The notes: generated from the sequence alone by a model not told the origin. Counted from the first letter of the stretch, positions 27,001-28,076 are shown. The stretch: 64,000 bases of DNA from Candidatus Omnitrophota bacterium (GCA_041649115.1 JBAZNT010000004.1:23466-87465), one strand, 5' to 3'. Numbers and translations are program-made.

Positions 27001-28076
27001 AAAAGGCCAAAGCCTGGTTCTCATCGGTCTTGGAATCTAACGGTATGCAGCCAGCGCAATTTAATCCTGATTCCCGGATTGAATGGAAGACGGCCAATAG
27101 CGCAATGATTGGGCCGGAGGGAACGGTTATTTACGAAAATGGCAAGGCGTCGGAACCCAGGATTGATTCTTTGGAGTCCCGGCAGGCACGAGAGATAAGG
27201 TATGAGATTTTCCGTTTGTGGCAGTCCGCCTCTCAAGAGAGCTTAAGCGGCAGGGAGAAGGCAACAATTGCAGAATTGCACAAGGTAGCCGCTTTGGCTA
27301 TGGTCGGTCAACCCGGGGCCTTCGTTATCTGTGAGCATGATAAAGAAGAAGAATTCTCTGTCTTGGCAACTCTCGAAGGGAAAGGCTTTTTGCAGCTAGT
27401 TGAATTTAATTATATATTTTTAAACTGGTTTGATAGCTCTCGGGGGGCGATAAGAATTGTTGTCAAGCAGGGGCAGAGAGAAGGCGGCGCATCCCCGCTT
27501 AAAAAATTACTTCAGAATGAAGTAGCGCGGTTCGTAAAACAGATAGAGCGGCCGGGAGAGCATCGCCAAGGATTTCTGCAAACCATGGAGGAGATTTACG
27601 GCTGGAATAATATCGATTGTTGCGACGGAGCAATGGTTTTTGCGCTTTTACTGCAGCAGAAATTGCATCAACTCGGTCATGAGTTTGTTATTTCATCCCA
27701 AGGTGGGCAGCGTATTGAGTTTATAAGTATTGAGGTAAGGAGTTTCGCGACCGCGCCTTGGCCGCACCGGGTTATGGTATTGTATCGGGATAACGGCCCC
27801 TGGGTGTACATCGACCCCACATTTTCCGTATTCTTTAAATATAGTAACGAACATCTGTATGAGATGTTAGCAGCTCCCATCGGAGCCCTAAGCAAAGAAG
27901 AAATCCAGCGCATACTTAATGAGAACGGAGCTGAGGCCGAGGTGCTTAAAGTGAATAGTGGCCCGGAATGGCATCACCCCGGCTTTGACGCTGCGGAGGT
28001 TTTAGAGAGGGTAAAGAGTGACCCTAAAATGTTAGAGTTGCTCAACAGGATAGCGGGGAACGCGTTAGCATTTTAA
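57..28076 (+). CDS. Giant multidomain protein (>=9,339 aa): concatenated enzyme-like domains, TM clusters and recurrent junction modules
   Basis: Uninterrupted ORF of 28,020 nt (ORF track). All overlapping alternative-frame ORFs are <=221 aa. Catalytic motifs of >20 unrelated families lie in this one frame along its whole length (sub-features below). In-frame codons 3..56 contain no stop, so the gene may start upstream of the window. In-window start candidates are TTG 57 and ATG 78 (GAGGA at 69-73). Confidence 0.9.
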   Translation: MAADEEFMEQLSIEHQGRIIIVAGPSGVGKSALISKLIHEHPERFAHPVTITTQQGQADTGFGIKDNDKEYISQEEFVHLVHRQALYLLNRGDRYLSGIRRADVNEATAAGKVILLEASSRDKLDALKAEFPAAPVILVSPISLEGHKSIPVATKILFERLIGSVSINADDFQYSEGTKELIKPVLAEIKHNLLFASKESAALNMSTARKLIKQAKEALLDIKGKEDGSPSEFIKAILANLNRIQIDLESTICALSEFIGLNKQGRLAATVINKDQATLRDAYAEFERQVFRLSGITTEEKSKVIGVLAFDVDKTLAERNSPLDTPMLKVITRLIEAFNRLSKRAGLEIRFAIITGQSLEKQKERLEPLLHPGLTIYANEATQKYVVTDDLDFREDLSYRKGFADDSQKSAVIEAIRATIIYKFQSANTPEPIKSALKELLEDAGEASEVKDDVILDRGTQLAFKCDLNQAQREYLADHLRQELKKRGVRGLNVRVSGKTTVSVYRSGVSKATAIQDLTETLGIFPEDIIYFGDEFGTDGNDLPIKFVTGINVISVGPRQHLSAGILWLGEGVRFTADILGMVSGFIEESLGEDGAFSMPGLVEYLRGIMPARINVEEKIEQVRTAINDEQRKFLEQLGLLKLGEAISDTVASAYCIPDDFITVAMRRLPYDYLEESSQDVLRIVVEECWEAYQLYLRGDAAWPLVDVYNISSVLSEKQLHYTQLIAVSAEPADNIENILSQEALRCGLWEFSYQGVALCGMNMIDRKRGYAFANTRLQQAYRQEGVRTASRRSMLIQHRKEFFQFVLHAATLQNIERMLDYKKETLNPYIILVRDILKSSLSAPDRVVLSGGSLPAGLQSMNPVNLGEVAISGGDKGLDSGFKSDSCPEAYLDRLRQIFGFVAHYIDGPPLKVNVVIEPVQDRQPSMRYELSTNTVHVQALLLAEPVPLEYAQFIIHHDFILHAYRGLSEEEASWESVLFLLQNPDFIGVISSFFAAGSLIKIDTDDVFLAAMLANIIPQAKRVAVLKMLLDDSFIFGSKLRGYVDAHYFRYLISRLKNRPLVLAGAFEEIINEWPELKEYLQIAGLGAVKKNSKNAPYRLPVPASSRFHGQGVRGDYREYYKILKERKSFLRQLLGRAPPRHRIIITTDLSLTRGNVAACGIDNRIVYIHPYFFELSEAKQLEILYHELISHIEKGIRSEDAAMADTEDFSSFCLEKKAVSISDKAIGNNGFISLKVSRANGRSESYRVRLVPPSEYALYSEMLLSVREEEKIIEREFWVMSDDEDERRNPAGRMFGLMAAELRLASKKAAESHVLAFFAVEDTDGNFIGARLLYKLQHISELGLEAIQGVDAIRQEFQGRGANGGIGIGTRLRSIAFEWLIKNGYLLCAELVPFDNEPDLKSLKRAAWLQGAHFNKTSVYFVKGGEGAWWYVVRLTKCPLIHILRELLIAVSSVSKRLISGVIGLGLIRLAYLSVAGGRQVTGTEAILTENSGCDVGPGARTTSPGDLTGTPRIPEFIRHKTSTKQKTYPARLRGEIIKPTAEELNNLKQYFGKNEVTFVDKTVTGKIADTGTNPGKISILKALASRAPPFNPDNPSSRAFQVLINDIIRHETKELETGSHQLACQASHEYFRIHQKELSQLLEAVALADIKLDAEEAEYLSGQAISEKKNREAVLRARVLFSFDLTAILSLLRVTNFKEFLNGLLDNPRVLVVISTRAGDTAAVSRKLSSELTREFQQDHVLYAPDGINNKAQVLLAWMEANGITAEDIVHIDDRSVEFMAFDSLRRAFGRRGARIAFVDMEAGSAAEAFGGLLDFVESAGVSITTQTLGGPLADAISGMRDWRAEHIETLNKRTSNPFYSELQAAAKDIYHRHKIYALAANERLAFVNAVFEGERYARVRHAVSVLYQRIREQGFSPDSSLTAEQYYMLANILSETENKYSIIENRYIRFGMNLVFDIWEQEKRILEQMHLLGEISKELAAPGSGNLPLIAAMQDLHGGARRAMALAGFVMGLPAGLYSQVTTLEDLKALLAEYGIDVKKNGVRFVGLSDKYDRGNDPIAAFELVKWLRDEGKAKPFAGNHDDWRTWGVLGIHLLFEGGIDYKSPDVKNHHIAYWSREAFMHSGWGDIELEQVNQRRFNQAVAAVNKILSLNGITELSPIDLSAVRARDEAELKSLKKQNALIRQQNELNKDDPAYARQAELPLPDIFKNTLAYLRVKTEEYNQRIAALNETRQLDLPLIEFKEVNLANYWRDQEIIERALWELKNFRLFYVDVLGNLHMHNILPIDYESLRGGFAVEYKGLRGLPALELMAEDIRVFFQDMDTIPDSMEFRRKMWDELGEAFTIINSWYSDIDAHAKAVSVKKFVEAGGLEGLGHEILGHVAQAFVDRESTTFVVWGHNERKKFAESQTSLPYIYLYPALNSGILNIDYEMSEGYSDRGAVVTFFKRDAEGMITGLRRWGYRDDSKIIEDLTFEDTGGLSAEQLEMLATLSDGEGFMRWYMAKAAAHINEEAGHLLSLAKRSKRPDKEARARSAMIEAKKHLGDHDPSSSSRPLSTEEAQELTGIISRYEAEFSDSPGVFYTSARRGFLAEQSKVISILSDLGYRQLSERLKGAIVINAPPQLAADLRRFEKEHRLKIYQCNTTFDYRDYIIVHRPSRIKSRLAHEISALQGNPEEENKKLEEFVYSLSSIGKRSLIFADERRLLKLSERYPDFARDGMLVGDLARLIAREAGLPKLYQEFLYKAGMVHDLGKGLPLVELYYHSSIRPGRFFNGWMAVLHSRLTISILKNDGIKPMSWEREVLLHHGYYKNLHFSSAIVRRLWVILVLADHTVSRHLRRSHRRNQPQGIRFNNTIAELEKYFSPSYGILGKGRGVLPEEEREILDIVKSLGNNPEFIKILNFALSGELSVDELYANTSVSFAESKEEFVSFLAATFEEGAFVTVEDISREIPLFLLSSANSEFMLDILRQLCIEKKVAALELPGEGEGYLLLDLKKESVRHSPLADKAEGSCFYAGFASGIKDILEGGHFKFLPRNVRSYFLKEEYTALALNRKAAVDLFIEAYVGMARLFTEYRSEDLSKGEIRDYINNFVDSFFSEEGLRKTWEDGRCRALGIPKETPMPEEVRNSFSELSANKKYLQEILFQMALAFSDLSRKMPATKTLRQKKELISRLEDVMRHALFRLSAIQSPPVPGFLYNPDDPFYSKMISFYSHIFAIVFEPSYASKPTLMLYLDAELKRQALFGSRDFYKSDKDRANAGALNAFPGFYNAFAAILGWDIPREDSAREDLSASQMGKYIREAEAEAESAAEEYLRYGVLPSGMAGLWQDYKYNLMIDEKEEPGLLKRLLLLRSALEKISLICAAANAMDFGDKKFQEISAMSGFKEEQWLCAQLEIEKNNGLEVNHIDKFFEILAGAMLEWEKKKRHGQLNSDKGRPKAIILTDNAGETVLAMLLVQFLLDLGFNVVIASRDTPVINDMTAEDSSSMLRMFRRKGYFRDYSSERLKVISSGSRIFATPITQLSSAFELEYRSADTAFVIAMGQGNAESLWQAKWDKPFIHILYAKNPEKIEEISTSLAKRASLLLVNMPGPPQENKRLCLQDAPELLAALYALGGIQVIHEEKIYIITEEFNPEEMVAEFASCFKGKGIILDASDGTIYLGKVEIGEGVSIKGTGQTVLRGGVIVNPGASIENSRIEIPAIIKKDEKVVDRHFVITEPGVITRLRREKVYINGKIIEHDTGDAIKIGKGKSEIEVLKNPVPSRLCALSLNKPLATALSKKGVEIIGDMATIFVSDQARIEPGVTLRAHVIIAGETAVGIGADIGPEVRLDNCYVGNRVKLTNLTAIDCVFHPGVEINGVKSLSGEEAYPYPRQSIPEGMSLTGVIVDPELVKGVSGITALRFKSKTKSRSYSLIPGAKVDPQLSLAEIKVSYPELLESLKRQSEESISVASKSFRDDKQITATHLRKINETIELILNDPIFDSLNWYEAKGIIWQIIWLYAKSPFYHEKKDADKAALRDVPHLVAVLDEIDGVSRDEVIRRRLSFAMEIVALSNINVFDRAKAYREDDPATQLVLNFEKIMSLVRNRMHPDTISYAFRRYFVLEMTKEVIDCLLEIPEMEREGKTVIFNINNAGEAIYSLVLIREILNLGYKVVMTANEKPIDDNYDVIDLTELLGNPFVIRPEFLGEFIASGRLCMISNGSCTSGLNLADVSKQFYELATNRNTVLMLSVGYDLTWDTQDYFLPFNTASLFWIKNKIIIKGGLDLSELRGTAMVLFRRKSEKTSPRPSHNFTLSTQLLAALACALTLRFKPAAGFYRTFRAGYKVALYRTAKLGGIRGSPVLKHLFAFFYRIADNSITASEINSLKQELILALQKKELNLTRKEINSFIRQLKRHESARNEIGGLKKQYQEYLEVRQRRFKFGIDPGRFLPEDYAEIIKNRETNRPDGRPLAVMVFCSYDWNKAFSSSSCREMTSAFIKNGYRVMYYVVGSRVKLISALKDATCDEAASVILFGGHGTPEGILLGKRARLRIENYDLLAGAGLDSVLKENGRVILNSCSTGKGRDKNPNIANMLSRLWKNKNPLILAPTVESFSPRIRFGKDGEVEDASFLHYTNNKDRLTDLFCLLLVFSIGIMLWHCLIWSLKEEASNLSLILLLGSSILSNVATFWSSLSRSFQRNLDNIYWRFMHRYFYTYRINAPEQKISQKQTVKFWKYCGPGSTWFASTFPWLVGKRTLMASRATVYSKAPEKPKKRFQPNWRKVFAVLMMATVLIATIGFKAGNIITLSNAYGYSYSEQPVASEIAEVDFTPQDVSADLSGADVISYFNSTAEWQESLFSGIGAVKVNSNCVSSEGCLELTSVDGGITAITSPVNLDLHAKLPFMRFNVSDLESAEQTALYLYTTDDDFYYWNIGSFDYATDGWNEIVLNRSNFSVVGSPDWSRINKVGVRIKSTPGATLSVIFDELAVLPETLTQGVVILTDDDLNRSEMYDTFAQELISRGMPASLFADHKALGAAGAISVEDMKVLQDAYGWDIANHSWTHSDFTVLTTEERIADITRMSAWMWENGFKAWDIFAYPLGNYDADTIRDISPYLTAARGVRGRNDTSYLADPYRISARPVDLDVSLATAQEWVDSAARNKEVLVLTFHSIADNPVAGDDLTWSTADFRSLLDYICDSDVEVMTMSEYLARYAQYDSDAALVSGAEQAGTQGFTLAADYSWNLPQGWVIDSNGNGSWPNVKNSLSVGSAGTGYSALVDARYHNKYIIQGMIDVDEYTAGQIGLFIEEGKLEEGAFTPLRRIPVAVRTGQSLVYVTDDYTVDNPDVNAARLVIEVSAGSDLHAYLDDLSFSRIREPQAFSVSRPRVVFRFDDGFDDQYLAAEFLQQHGFPAVVNIITDRVGREGYLNWGEVLELDSMGVEIGAHTRTHGYFDGADEAEWYDEIVGAKGDLEIQGVDADTFASPRLEYDYFSDATVLRHYSSYQGGEGGEGQGVNTFPYNPYNLRSRVVSNTTAVETVISWVDEAIENNQTLILIYHKFNDAPQYDTEVSFADFSTVVDYIASRSGEVEVATIDDFLSEQDEALVNLLPNPSFGDVVSAPESALPEITSADEIVRPSKSGLAVFFKTFTFRGEDSIWTVGVRRDYLPKLLVLVYSLLSGVYIFGRLIQACFYRAPKENKYYPFVTVVTPAYNEGAAVKDSILRTFGTGYPLERLRVVAINDGSRDKTLDYIREAAGIYPDNVLVINFPENCGKREGMYAGMQVAYALSRARSEALDNAEAVNVILRDLEIKVKGALKPSAAEAIVEATRRELARLSIEKKEEGDFSFGLVIPEGMENYFVSPCELPGGAVGLDEDAVVFVDSDSYLRAGAIYNAVQPLYDRKVGAVAGHAYIHNPTRDLLTAMQAITYFTMFRIVKGAESVFGSVTCVSGCLGAYRLDYLVDVGERFVRQEFLGKKCTFGDDRHLTNLILKQGYRVVYNRNAAVDTIVPNTMRQFIKQQTRWKKSWFRETIFANKIMWKRPLPASIAYYLGVLLTISAPLMVAYMVIVRTMLKGILPFAYLGGLLLLPFAMAMYYYYHNGMRGKLYYAWLLPVVFQAFILGPLTYYAILTSKNTGWGTRGGADKAGKAQHLKLVAKRISDTASRQAKNTSTRSGKELSKAEADSVTASMLDLLAKASGSDLCGLDQFILRQHVNGAVSAVRFFAGLSARFRKEDLRQAVVISGTPIYVERANGAREEIFGAVRIINGRISIYLNNNRIRNKVDLSRTLVHELGAYIGFPHWVNQKILERLVPDVDRSVHDPARPIPGHSMPAGEEVNSQIGLVGWDSGEVETVGVDAPALCLAVSCLRSIGRNDMAEYLEYLARAGLIRAGPFKGFLAAPYQQGIALSNNYPAYNTTQEIALSLIHDIGATSRFDLSHEENIEREERCAALCACGYFEISAILEDLYIKALDALKKYKGYYQAAGTSHLLTPESLDYLKTHRYKMNFRYHGKMKSFMRAHLLYNRHYMENALVDISFLWMAYSALRHLEKQGAQGLKSYLDAKEEAVKRVTARHLELSEGELRRYLEGEPAITARIEAELLVKPFTPQGLREIFENDSRRRHKKGEYSIFSYFGQGQDENRILLAVRRFYASLRFFDKYACEISSLKSRIASLPSEANEPAAPEVAPRVARALRVKEISPEAKGQQYLWTDDDIKAADYISRLIGILERLLDKSLNDLKYALQEYTDKFFNCSQSEYKRLVGELKLEDARLIFKNKCYLNQERLNRLEKFINAGRDTALKLTNPYVLNKPVYSLSYHLALVRKVMVAQRYLKTKGPQVLHRYLEDKAREAGNLSSQQLVNAMSSEAAVWLSWVLEYEIKNPKIYKMTGLLSILEQYLTERPFIIACELSDTAKILTPMLGEELHAADGFNLTPSHRLRLLEQVRSGELDVVFVSLESVPEATAYLEASQFILLTETPDSWKVESHRAQGEGLTAEDAHAEGALPEAEQLCLFNPLQEKEEAALPAVEEELRAMERIAAAEGRPKIIEYDMRRLHLLNALGIITSGKRVFNVLSGVDLFPGLYAGEMWASDMRFSDIELQELFRKVYERAAEFIPEESREKVLPQLDCFERCAICHDTSDILQSKCDFIPGWVSQMRPGDVVILKFSHEYLLQPGVSPEKIKEWMDDFTSALPEGVIAVVVEHKPQPNLFPEGLASHLLRSGDFVDYLNPDVSRRLDAIHANERIIEPGYRDIEIVLRDGEKRKILVYDAGGKLTVLRKIRVPENAVLKKTGFLSRFKQGGIIEIKHYFDGDPQTEAAGTLTSLLSNSGLPYYSTATSVYDIYSRIPLSCGTSGEVKDIHWLIYGGLFTACIQVTIEAILRRNGILSEDSVSWITLPLFAINTRYIPNSQYRYEASERIPELIAEHSSEGIITTGREFSLRGKEEYLYFPYNADSRIIIRKDGEILGIINPCGSPTFVLDFYTSMDCMDRYAFGDKETLEGLAEDAASPSGPSHKESGHGKARLRGILATLSFLDVMPESIFARMFRGQDFRERVASVLRYFAKSDKYAQIETALEPVELKLLERVAFNVIFKYIYLRTGVLIYGRESHLLNHVEQLRREYTREWFRRKDSSWADSFNNLLLQDGEFYDFLDHVLDVSNTGFVRPEIKSQTGFLIENIIRIRQADSGRKVRIWFAACASGEEAYRFAAEAIRHGLGSDDIEIIGSDLDAGDINSAKNKTYNKAAELFFGRGQSHEREKEIKEFEAIFGKKDDIRRREAIFKCYNFLSDEAFPFGPGLDFVVLNNVIKIWIPLERLPELSVRLYPLLNRDGLVCICNEPEWNEGISGKLDASLFQEIKNQKNVFRKIEFLERAAAARGQSRITEKTRNFTPASQWLFAKSLRLMRKAKAAAHYEKIYGLGYKAALWKTAGINGTRGSPTLRQKWNAFFRPLANDRTSEEELQDLRQEIIKNQVLAEKEADTLVNEIRTHEQAHRQATREGIRNPFRSEIYALKRQGDVHTETAVLAPGVKNKAQSTPKSKKRPFLTRIISALFVLCLSLGMLMASPDKIAALYYTITSAANNNTAAVTSFVCNADDSRLAEDLESEQYNIVSQARSELHTIAEDSPERVIPCLTYLLEQSDNPDAMFYASQVLQEAFRQVDEDYLSTGLKDYLYSIDSATPRVSVLPSERSGKDVLVVFLDTDMELELVRQTHLDIVEGVLQDSLNTQDTGIEEIIINRADLQQTTAALLRVVEQNPNKSIVVNMSYGLFDSRDYVNGVLPLDVVEELGKKGVVFVVSSSNWGIPYLPPASLPDNLIIVGGSDSAATSFGPHIKISSSTYARESRFGKGNSFATPRVTAALANLLTEFPTLSQAEAIEALLATTRPISGTDRPALLYESGLLGGELDEDAAEAYLRQQGTQEERLRQDIETLASLGSRIAYPSSQENDLAAEYIFGQLEAMGLDVSYQNFNIRPYRAEAGLKMFTVYDSQEPEGLTWIDEPASARNVVATLPGSTHPEKILVISAHYDGLRPGGSANDNASGVAVVLETARILSSLEPDYTVQFVLFSGEEEGILGSRYFVKYMLEQNPEFSDNFICDINVDMVGNLSYSGETHTPDAEDLNIIVMPEFMPFAQRLAVYAESVPDLEVTLNEFKQQGAFSDDYAFERKGLCGVNLAEDDIPELIEMGALNHGLPDAPDAIDYGFVHRVSRLVVASATAFSNDASVFIGGFAAIHNFTPASQWLFAKSLRLMRKAKAAAHYEKIYGLGYKAALWKTAGINGTRGSPTLRQKWNAFFRPLANDRTSEEELQDLRQEIIKNQVLAEKEADTLVNEIRTHEQAHRQATREGIRNPFRSEIYALKRQGDVHTETAVLAPGVKNKIPPPSKQQTDNISPAENEKGKINRLSAAMPTTVKRNFNLRYLHNFAVRLESREIPYPLDEGGLNYSARMLKVIQDAAESINKNGTKIIRITINRYGSLATNCWMLGSDIDGMIVYADSIVSEKAKAWFSSVLESNGMQPAQFNPDSRIEWKTANSAMIGPEGTVIYENGKASEPRIDSLESRQAREIRYEIFRLWQSASQESLSGREKATIAELHKVAALAMVGQPGAFVICEHDKEEEFSVLATLEGKGFLQLVEFNYIFLNWFDSSRGAIRIVVKQGQREGGASPLKKLLQNEVARFVKQIERPGEHRQGFLQTMEEIYGWNNIDCCDGAMVFALLLQQKLHQLGHEFVISSQGGQRIEFISIEVRSFATAPWPHRVMVLYRDNGPWVYIDPTFSVFFKYSNEHLYEMLAAPIGALSKEEIQRILNENGAEAEVLKVNSGPEWHHPGFDAAEVLERVKSDPKMLELLNRIAGNALAF
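99..560 (+). other. Domain: guanylate kinase-like P-loop
   Basis: P-loop GPSGVGKS (nt 126-149). It is followed by HPVTITTQ (the Gmk 'S-x-TTR' region, with Arg replaced by Gln) and GKVILLEASS, matching guanylate-kinase motif order. Confidence 0.65.
960..1740 (+). other. Domain: HAD-superfamily phosphatase, subfamily IIB (Cof / sugar-phosphate phosphatase-like)
   Basis: HAD motif I FDVDKTL (nt 984-1004). Cap-like region with SGKTTVSVYRSGVSKATAIQDL. Motif IV GDEFGTDGND (nt 1653-1682). Confidence 0.75.
3484..3680 (+). other. Junction module J1 (DUF4157-like beta-strand region followed by a His-Glu helix)
   Basis: RHRIIITTDLSLTRGNVAACGIDNRIVYIHPYFF...LEILYHELISHIEKG; HELISH at nt 3621-3638 is HExxxH, not the canonical HExxH. 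The pattern resembles the Zn-peptidase-like DUF4157 layout (..A.t.G..I.....LL.HEL.H). Confidence 0.3.
3830..4340 (+). other. Domain: GNAT-type N-acetyltransferase
   Basis: GNAT motif A-like IRQEFQGRGANGGIGIGTRLRSIAFEWLIKNGY (nt ~4125-4220), preceded by beta-strands VLAFFAVEDTDGNFIGARLLY. Confidence 0.6.
4600..4960 (+). other. Junction module J2 (divergent relative of the 435-bp repeat module, with an insertion)
   Basis: TAEELNNLKQYFGKNE...LINDIIRHETKELETGSH aligns with TSEEELQDLRQEIIKNQ...LVNEIRTHEQAHRQ of the exact repeats. ASRAPP echoes GRAPP of J1. Confidence 0.35.
6040..7420 (+). other. Domain: calcineurin-like metallophosphoesterase (ApaH / FBPase class 3-like layout)
   Basis: Ordered metallophosphatase motifs: QDLHG (nt 6051-6065), LSDKYDRGND (~6215-6245), GNHD (6305-6316) and VVWGHNE (~7255-7275). 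The segment NLHMHNILPIDYE resembles the 'NLLIHGCIPVD' region of class 3 fructose-1,6-bisphosphatases. Confidence 0.75.
8200..8600 (+). other. Domain: HD phosphohydrolase
   Basis: AGMVHDLGKG with the HD doublet at nt 8319-8324. Downstream His-rich helices (LHSRL, LLHHGYY, LADHTVSRH) are typical of the HD superfamily. Confidence 0.6.
9940..10830 (+). other. Domain: DUF89 / ARMT1-like (damage-control phosphatase family), copy 1
   Basis: KAIILTDNAGETVLAMLLVQFLLDLGFNVVIASRDTPVINDMTAED (DNAGE at nt 10401-10415) and MGQGNAESL (~10691-10715). These match the DUF89 signature DNxGxE...P.iNDvT...KGqgNyE. Confidence 0.65.
11030..11650 (+). other. Domain: left-handed parallel beta-helix (hexapeptide-repeat, acyl/nucleotidyl-transferase-like)
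   Basis: Runs of hexapeptide-like periodicity: GKVEIGEGVSIKGTGQTVLRGGVIVNPGASIENSRIE and IEPGVTLRAHVIIAGETAVGIGADIGPEVRLDNCYVGNRVKLTNLTAIDCVFHPGVEI. Confidence 0.6.
11925..12915 (+). other. Domain: DUF89-like, copy 2 (divergent)
   Basis: TVIFNINNAGEAIYSLVLIREILNLGYKVVMTANEKPIDDNYDVIDLTEL (NNAGE at nt ~12462-12476). It has the same architecture as copy 1, with an N-terminal helical region. Confidence 0.5.
12940..13290 (+). repeat. Junction module J4: divergent third copy of the 145-aa repeat module
   Basis: HNFTLSTQ...FRAGYKVALYRTAKLGGIRGSPVLKHLFAFFYRIADNSITASEINSLKQELI...IRQLKRHESAR aligns with RNFTPASQ...YGLGYKAALWKTAGINGTRGSPTLRQKWNAFFRPLANDRTSEEELQDLRQEII...IRTHEQAH. Confidence 0.6.
13410..13900 (+). 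other. Domain: clan CD cysteine-peptidase-like (caspase / CHAT / CPD-type His-Cys dyad)
   Basis: ASVILFGGHGTPEG (His codon 13620-13622) and, 42 residues later, RVILNSCSTGKG (Cys codon 13746-13748). The His-Gly...hydrophobic-strand-Cys arrangement and spacing are typical of clan CD. Confidence 0.5.
13930..14420 (+). other. Transmembrane cluster (about 3 TM helices; the last resembles a signal-anchor)
   Basis: LFCLLLVFSIGIMLWHCLIWSL, LSLILLLGSSILSNVATFWSSL and KPKKRFQPNWRKVFAVLMMATVLIATIGF (a basic n-region followed by a hydrophobic core). Confidence 0.6.
14450..14990 (+). other. Domain: beta-sandwich, carbohydrate-binding-module-like
   Basis: Mostly beta-type sequence ending ...GWNEIVLNRSNFSVVGSPDWSRINKVGVRIKSTPGATLSVIFDELAV, directly preceding a CE4 domain. 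No family-level assignment is possible by eye. Confidence 0.35.
14995..15650 (+). other. Domain: CE4 (NodB-homology) polysaccharide deacetylase, copy 1 (divergent)
   Basis: VVILTDDDLNRS occupies the TFDDG position, followed by WDIANHSWTHSDF (H-x-x-x-H metal motif, nt ~15175-15210) and VLVLTFHSI. Confidence 0.6.
15700..16135 (+). other. Domain: beta-sandwich, CBM4/9(CenC)-like
   Basis: ...NAARLVIEVSAGSDLHAYLDDLSFSRI is a typical C-terminal strand of CenC-type binding modules, and it sits between two CE4 domains. The assignment is tentative. Confidence 0.3.
16150..16800 (+). other. Domain: CE4 (NodB-homology) polysaccharide deacetylase, copy 2 (canonical)
   Basis: RVVFRFDDGFDDQY (nt ~16158-16200), GVEIGAHTRTHGYF, LILIYHKF. 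This is the classical CE4 motif series (TFDDG, H-x-x-x-H, LxH). Confidence 0.8.
16997..18400 (+). other. Domain: processive family-2 glycosyltransferase (HasA / NodC / PgaC-like synthase) with flanking TM helices
   Basis: N-terminal TM YLPKLLVLVYSLLSGVYIFGRLIQACF. Motifs: VTVVTPAYNE (nt ~17118-17147), AINDGSRD, VDSDS (17645-17653 region), FGDDRHLTN (17941-17967), QQTRWKKSWFRE (QxxRW at 18057-18071). These are followed by 3-4 TM helices running to ~18400. Confidence 0.85.
18715..18915 (+). other. Junction module J5 (DUF4157-like)
   Basis: AVVISGTPIYVERANGAREEIFGAVRIINGRISIYLNNNRIRNKVDLSRTLVHELGAYIGFPHW; the HE is at nt 18873-18878. Confidence 0.3.
21150..21620 (+). other. Possible degenerate Rossmann-fold methyltransferase-like region
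   Basis: RVFNVLSGVDLFPG (motif I-like), ASDMRF, GDVVILKFSHEYL, LPEGVIAVVVE. The order is class-I MTase-like, but the glycine-rich loop is poor. Confidence 0.2.
22760..23530 (+). other. Domain: CheR-type SAM-dependent protein methyltransferase
   Basis: VSNTGFVRPE (CheR 'TNxTxFFRE'), RKVRIWFAACASGEEAYRFA (CheR 'lRIWSAGCSTGEEpYSlA', nt ~23067-23125), IIGSDLD, FKCYNFLSD...LDFVVLNNVIKIW (CheR 'F...NLl...fDlIfCRNVlIYF'). Confidence 0.7.
23661..24095 (+). repeat. Exact 435-bp direct repeat, copy 1 (junction module J6, 145 aa, contains HEQAH)
   Basis: Base-for-base identical by eye to 26202-26636. The two protein stretches NFTPASQW...APGVKNK are identical, and the antisense ORFs 23754-23978 and 26295-26519 have identical translations. 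HExxH (THEQAH) lies at nt 23964-23978. Confidence 0.95.
24115..24205 (+). other. Internal signal-peptide-like / signal-anchor segment
   Basis: KSKKRPFLTRIISALFVLCLSLGMLMASPDK has a basic n-region, a hydrophobic core and a small-residue c-region, although it lies ~8,000 aa into the ORF. Confidence 0.5.
24540..25160 (+). other. Domain: subtilisin (S8)-like serine peptidase, divergent
   Basis: VLVVFLDTD (Asp region, nt ~24585-24608), QTHLDIVEGVL (His region), IVVNMSYG (oxyanion Asn region, ~24781-24803), GNSFATPRVTAALANLL (the 'GTSxAxPxVaG' Ser motif; Ser codon 25050-25052). Confidence 0.5.
25270..26110 (+). other. Domain: M28-family Zn aminopeptidase
   Basis: ARNVVATLPGSTHPEKILVISAHYDG...GSANDNASGVAVVLETARILS...VQFVLFSGEEEGILGSRYF...DINVDMVG is the full M28 motif series (nt ~25505-25815). 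Confidence 0.8.
26202..26636 (+). repeat. Exact 435-bp direct repeat, copy 2 (junction module J7)
   Basis: Identical to 23661-24095. The offset is 2,541 bp (847 codons), so the copies are in the same reading frame. Confidence 0.95.
26850..27230 (+). other. Domain: Pol-beta-superfamily nucleotidyltransferase
   Basis: RITINRYGSLATNCWMLGSDIDGMIVYAD shows the G-S...D-x-D minimal NTase signature (GS at ~26922, DID at ~26958-26966). Confidence 0.6.
27540..27900 (+). other. Domain: transglutaminase-like Cys-His-Asp (cysteine peptidase / transglutaminase core)
   Basis: NIDCCDGAMVFALLL (Cys ~27618-27623), WPHRVMVLY (His 27765-27767), VYIDPTF (Asp 27812-27814). The Cys->His spacing is ~48 aa and the His->Asp spacing ~16 aa, as in transglutaminase cores. 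Confidence 0.55.
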
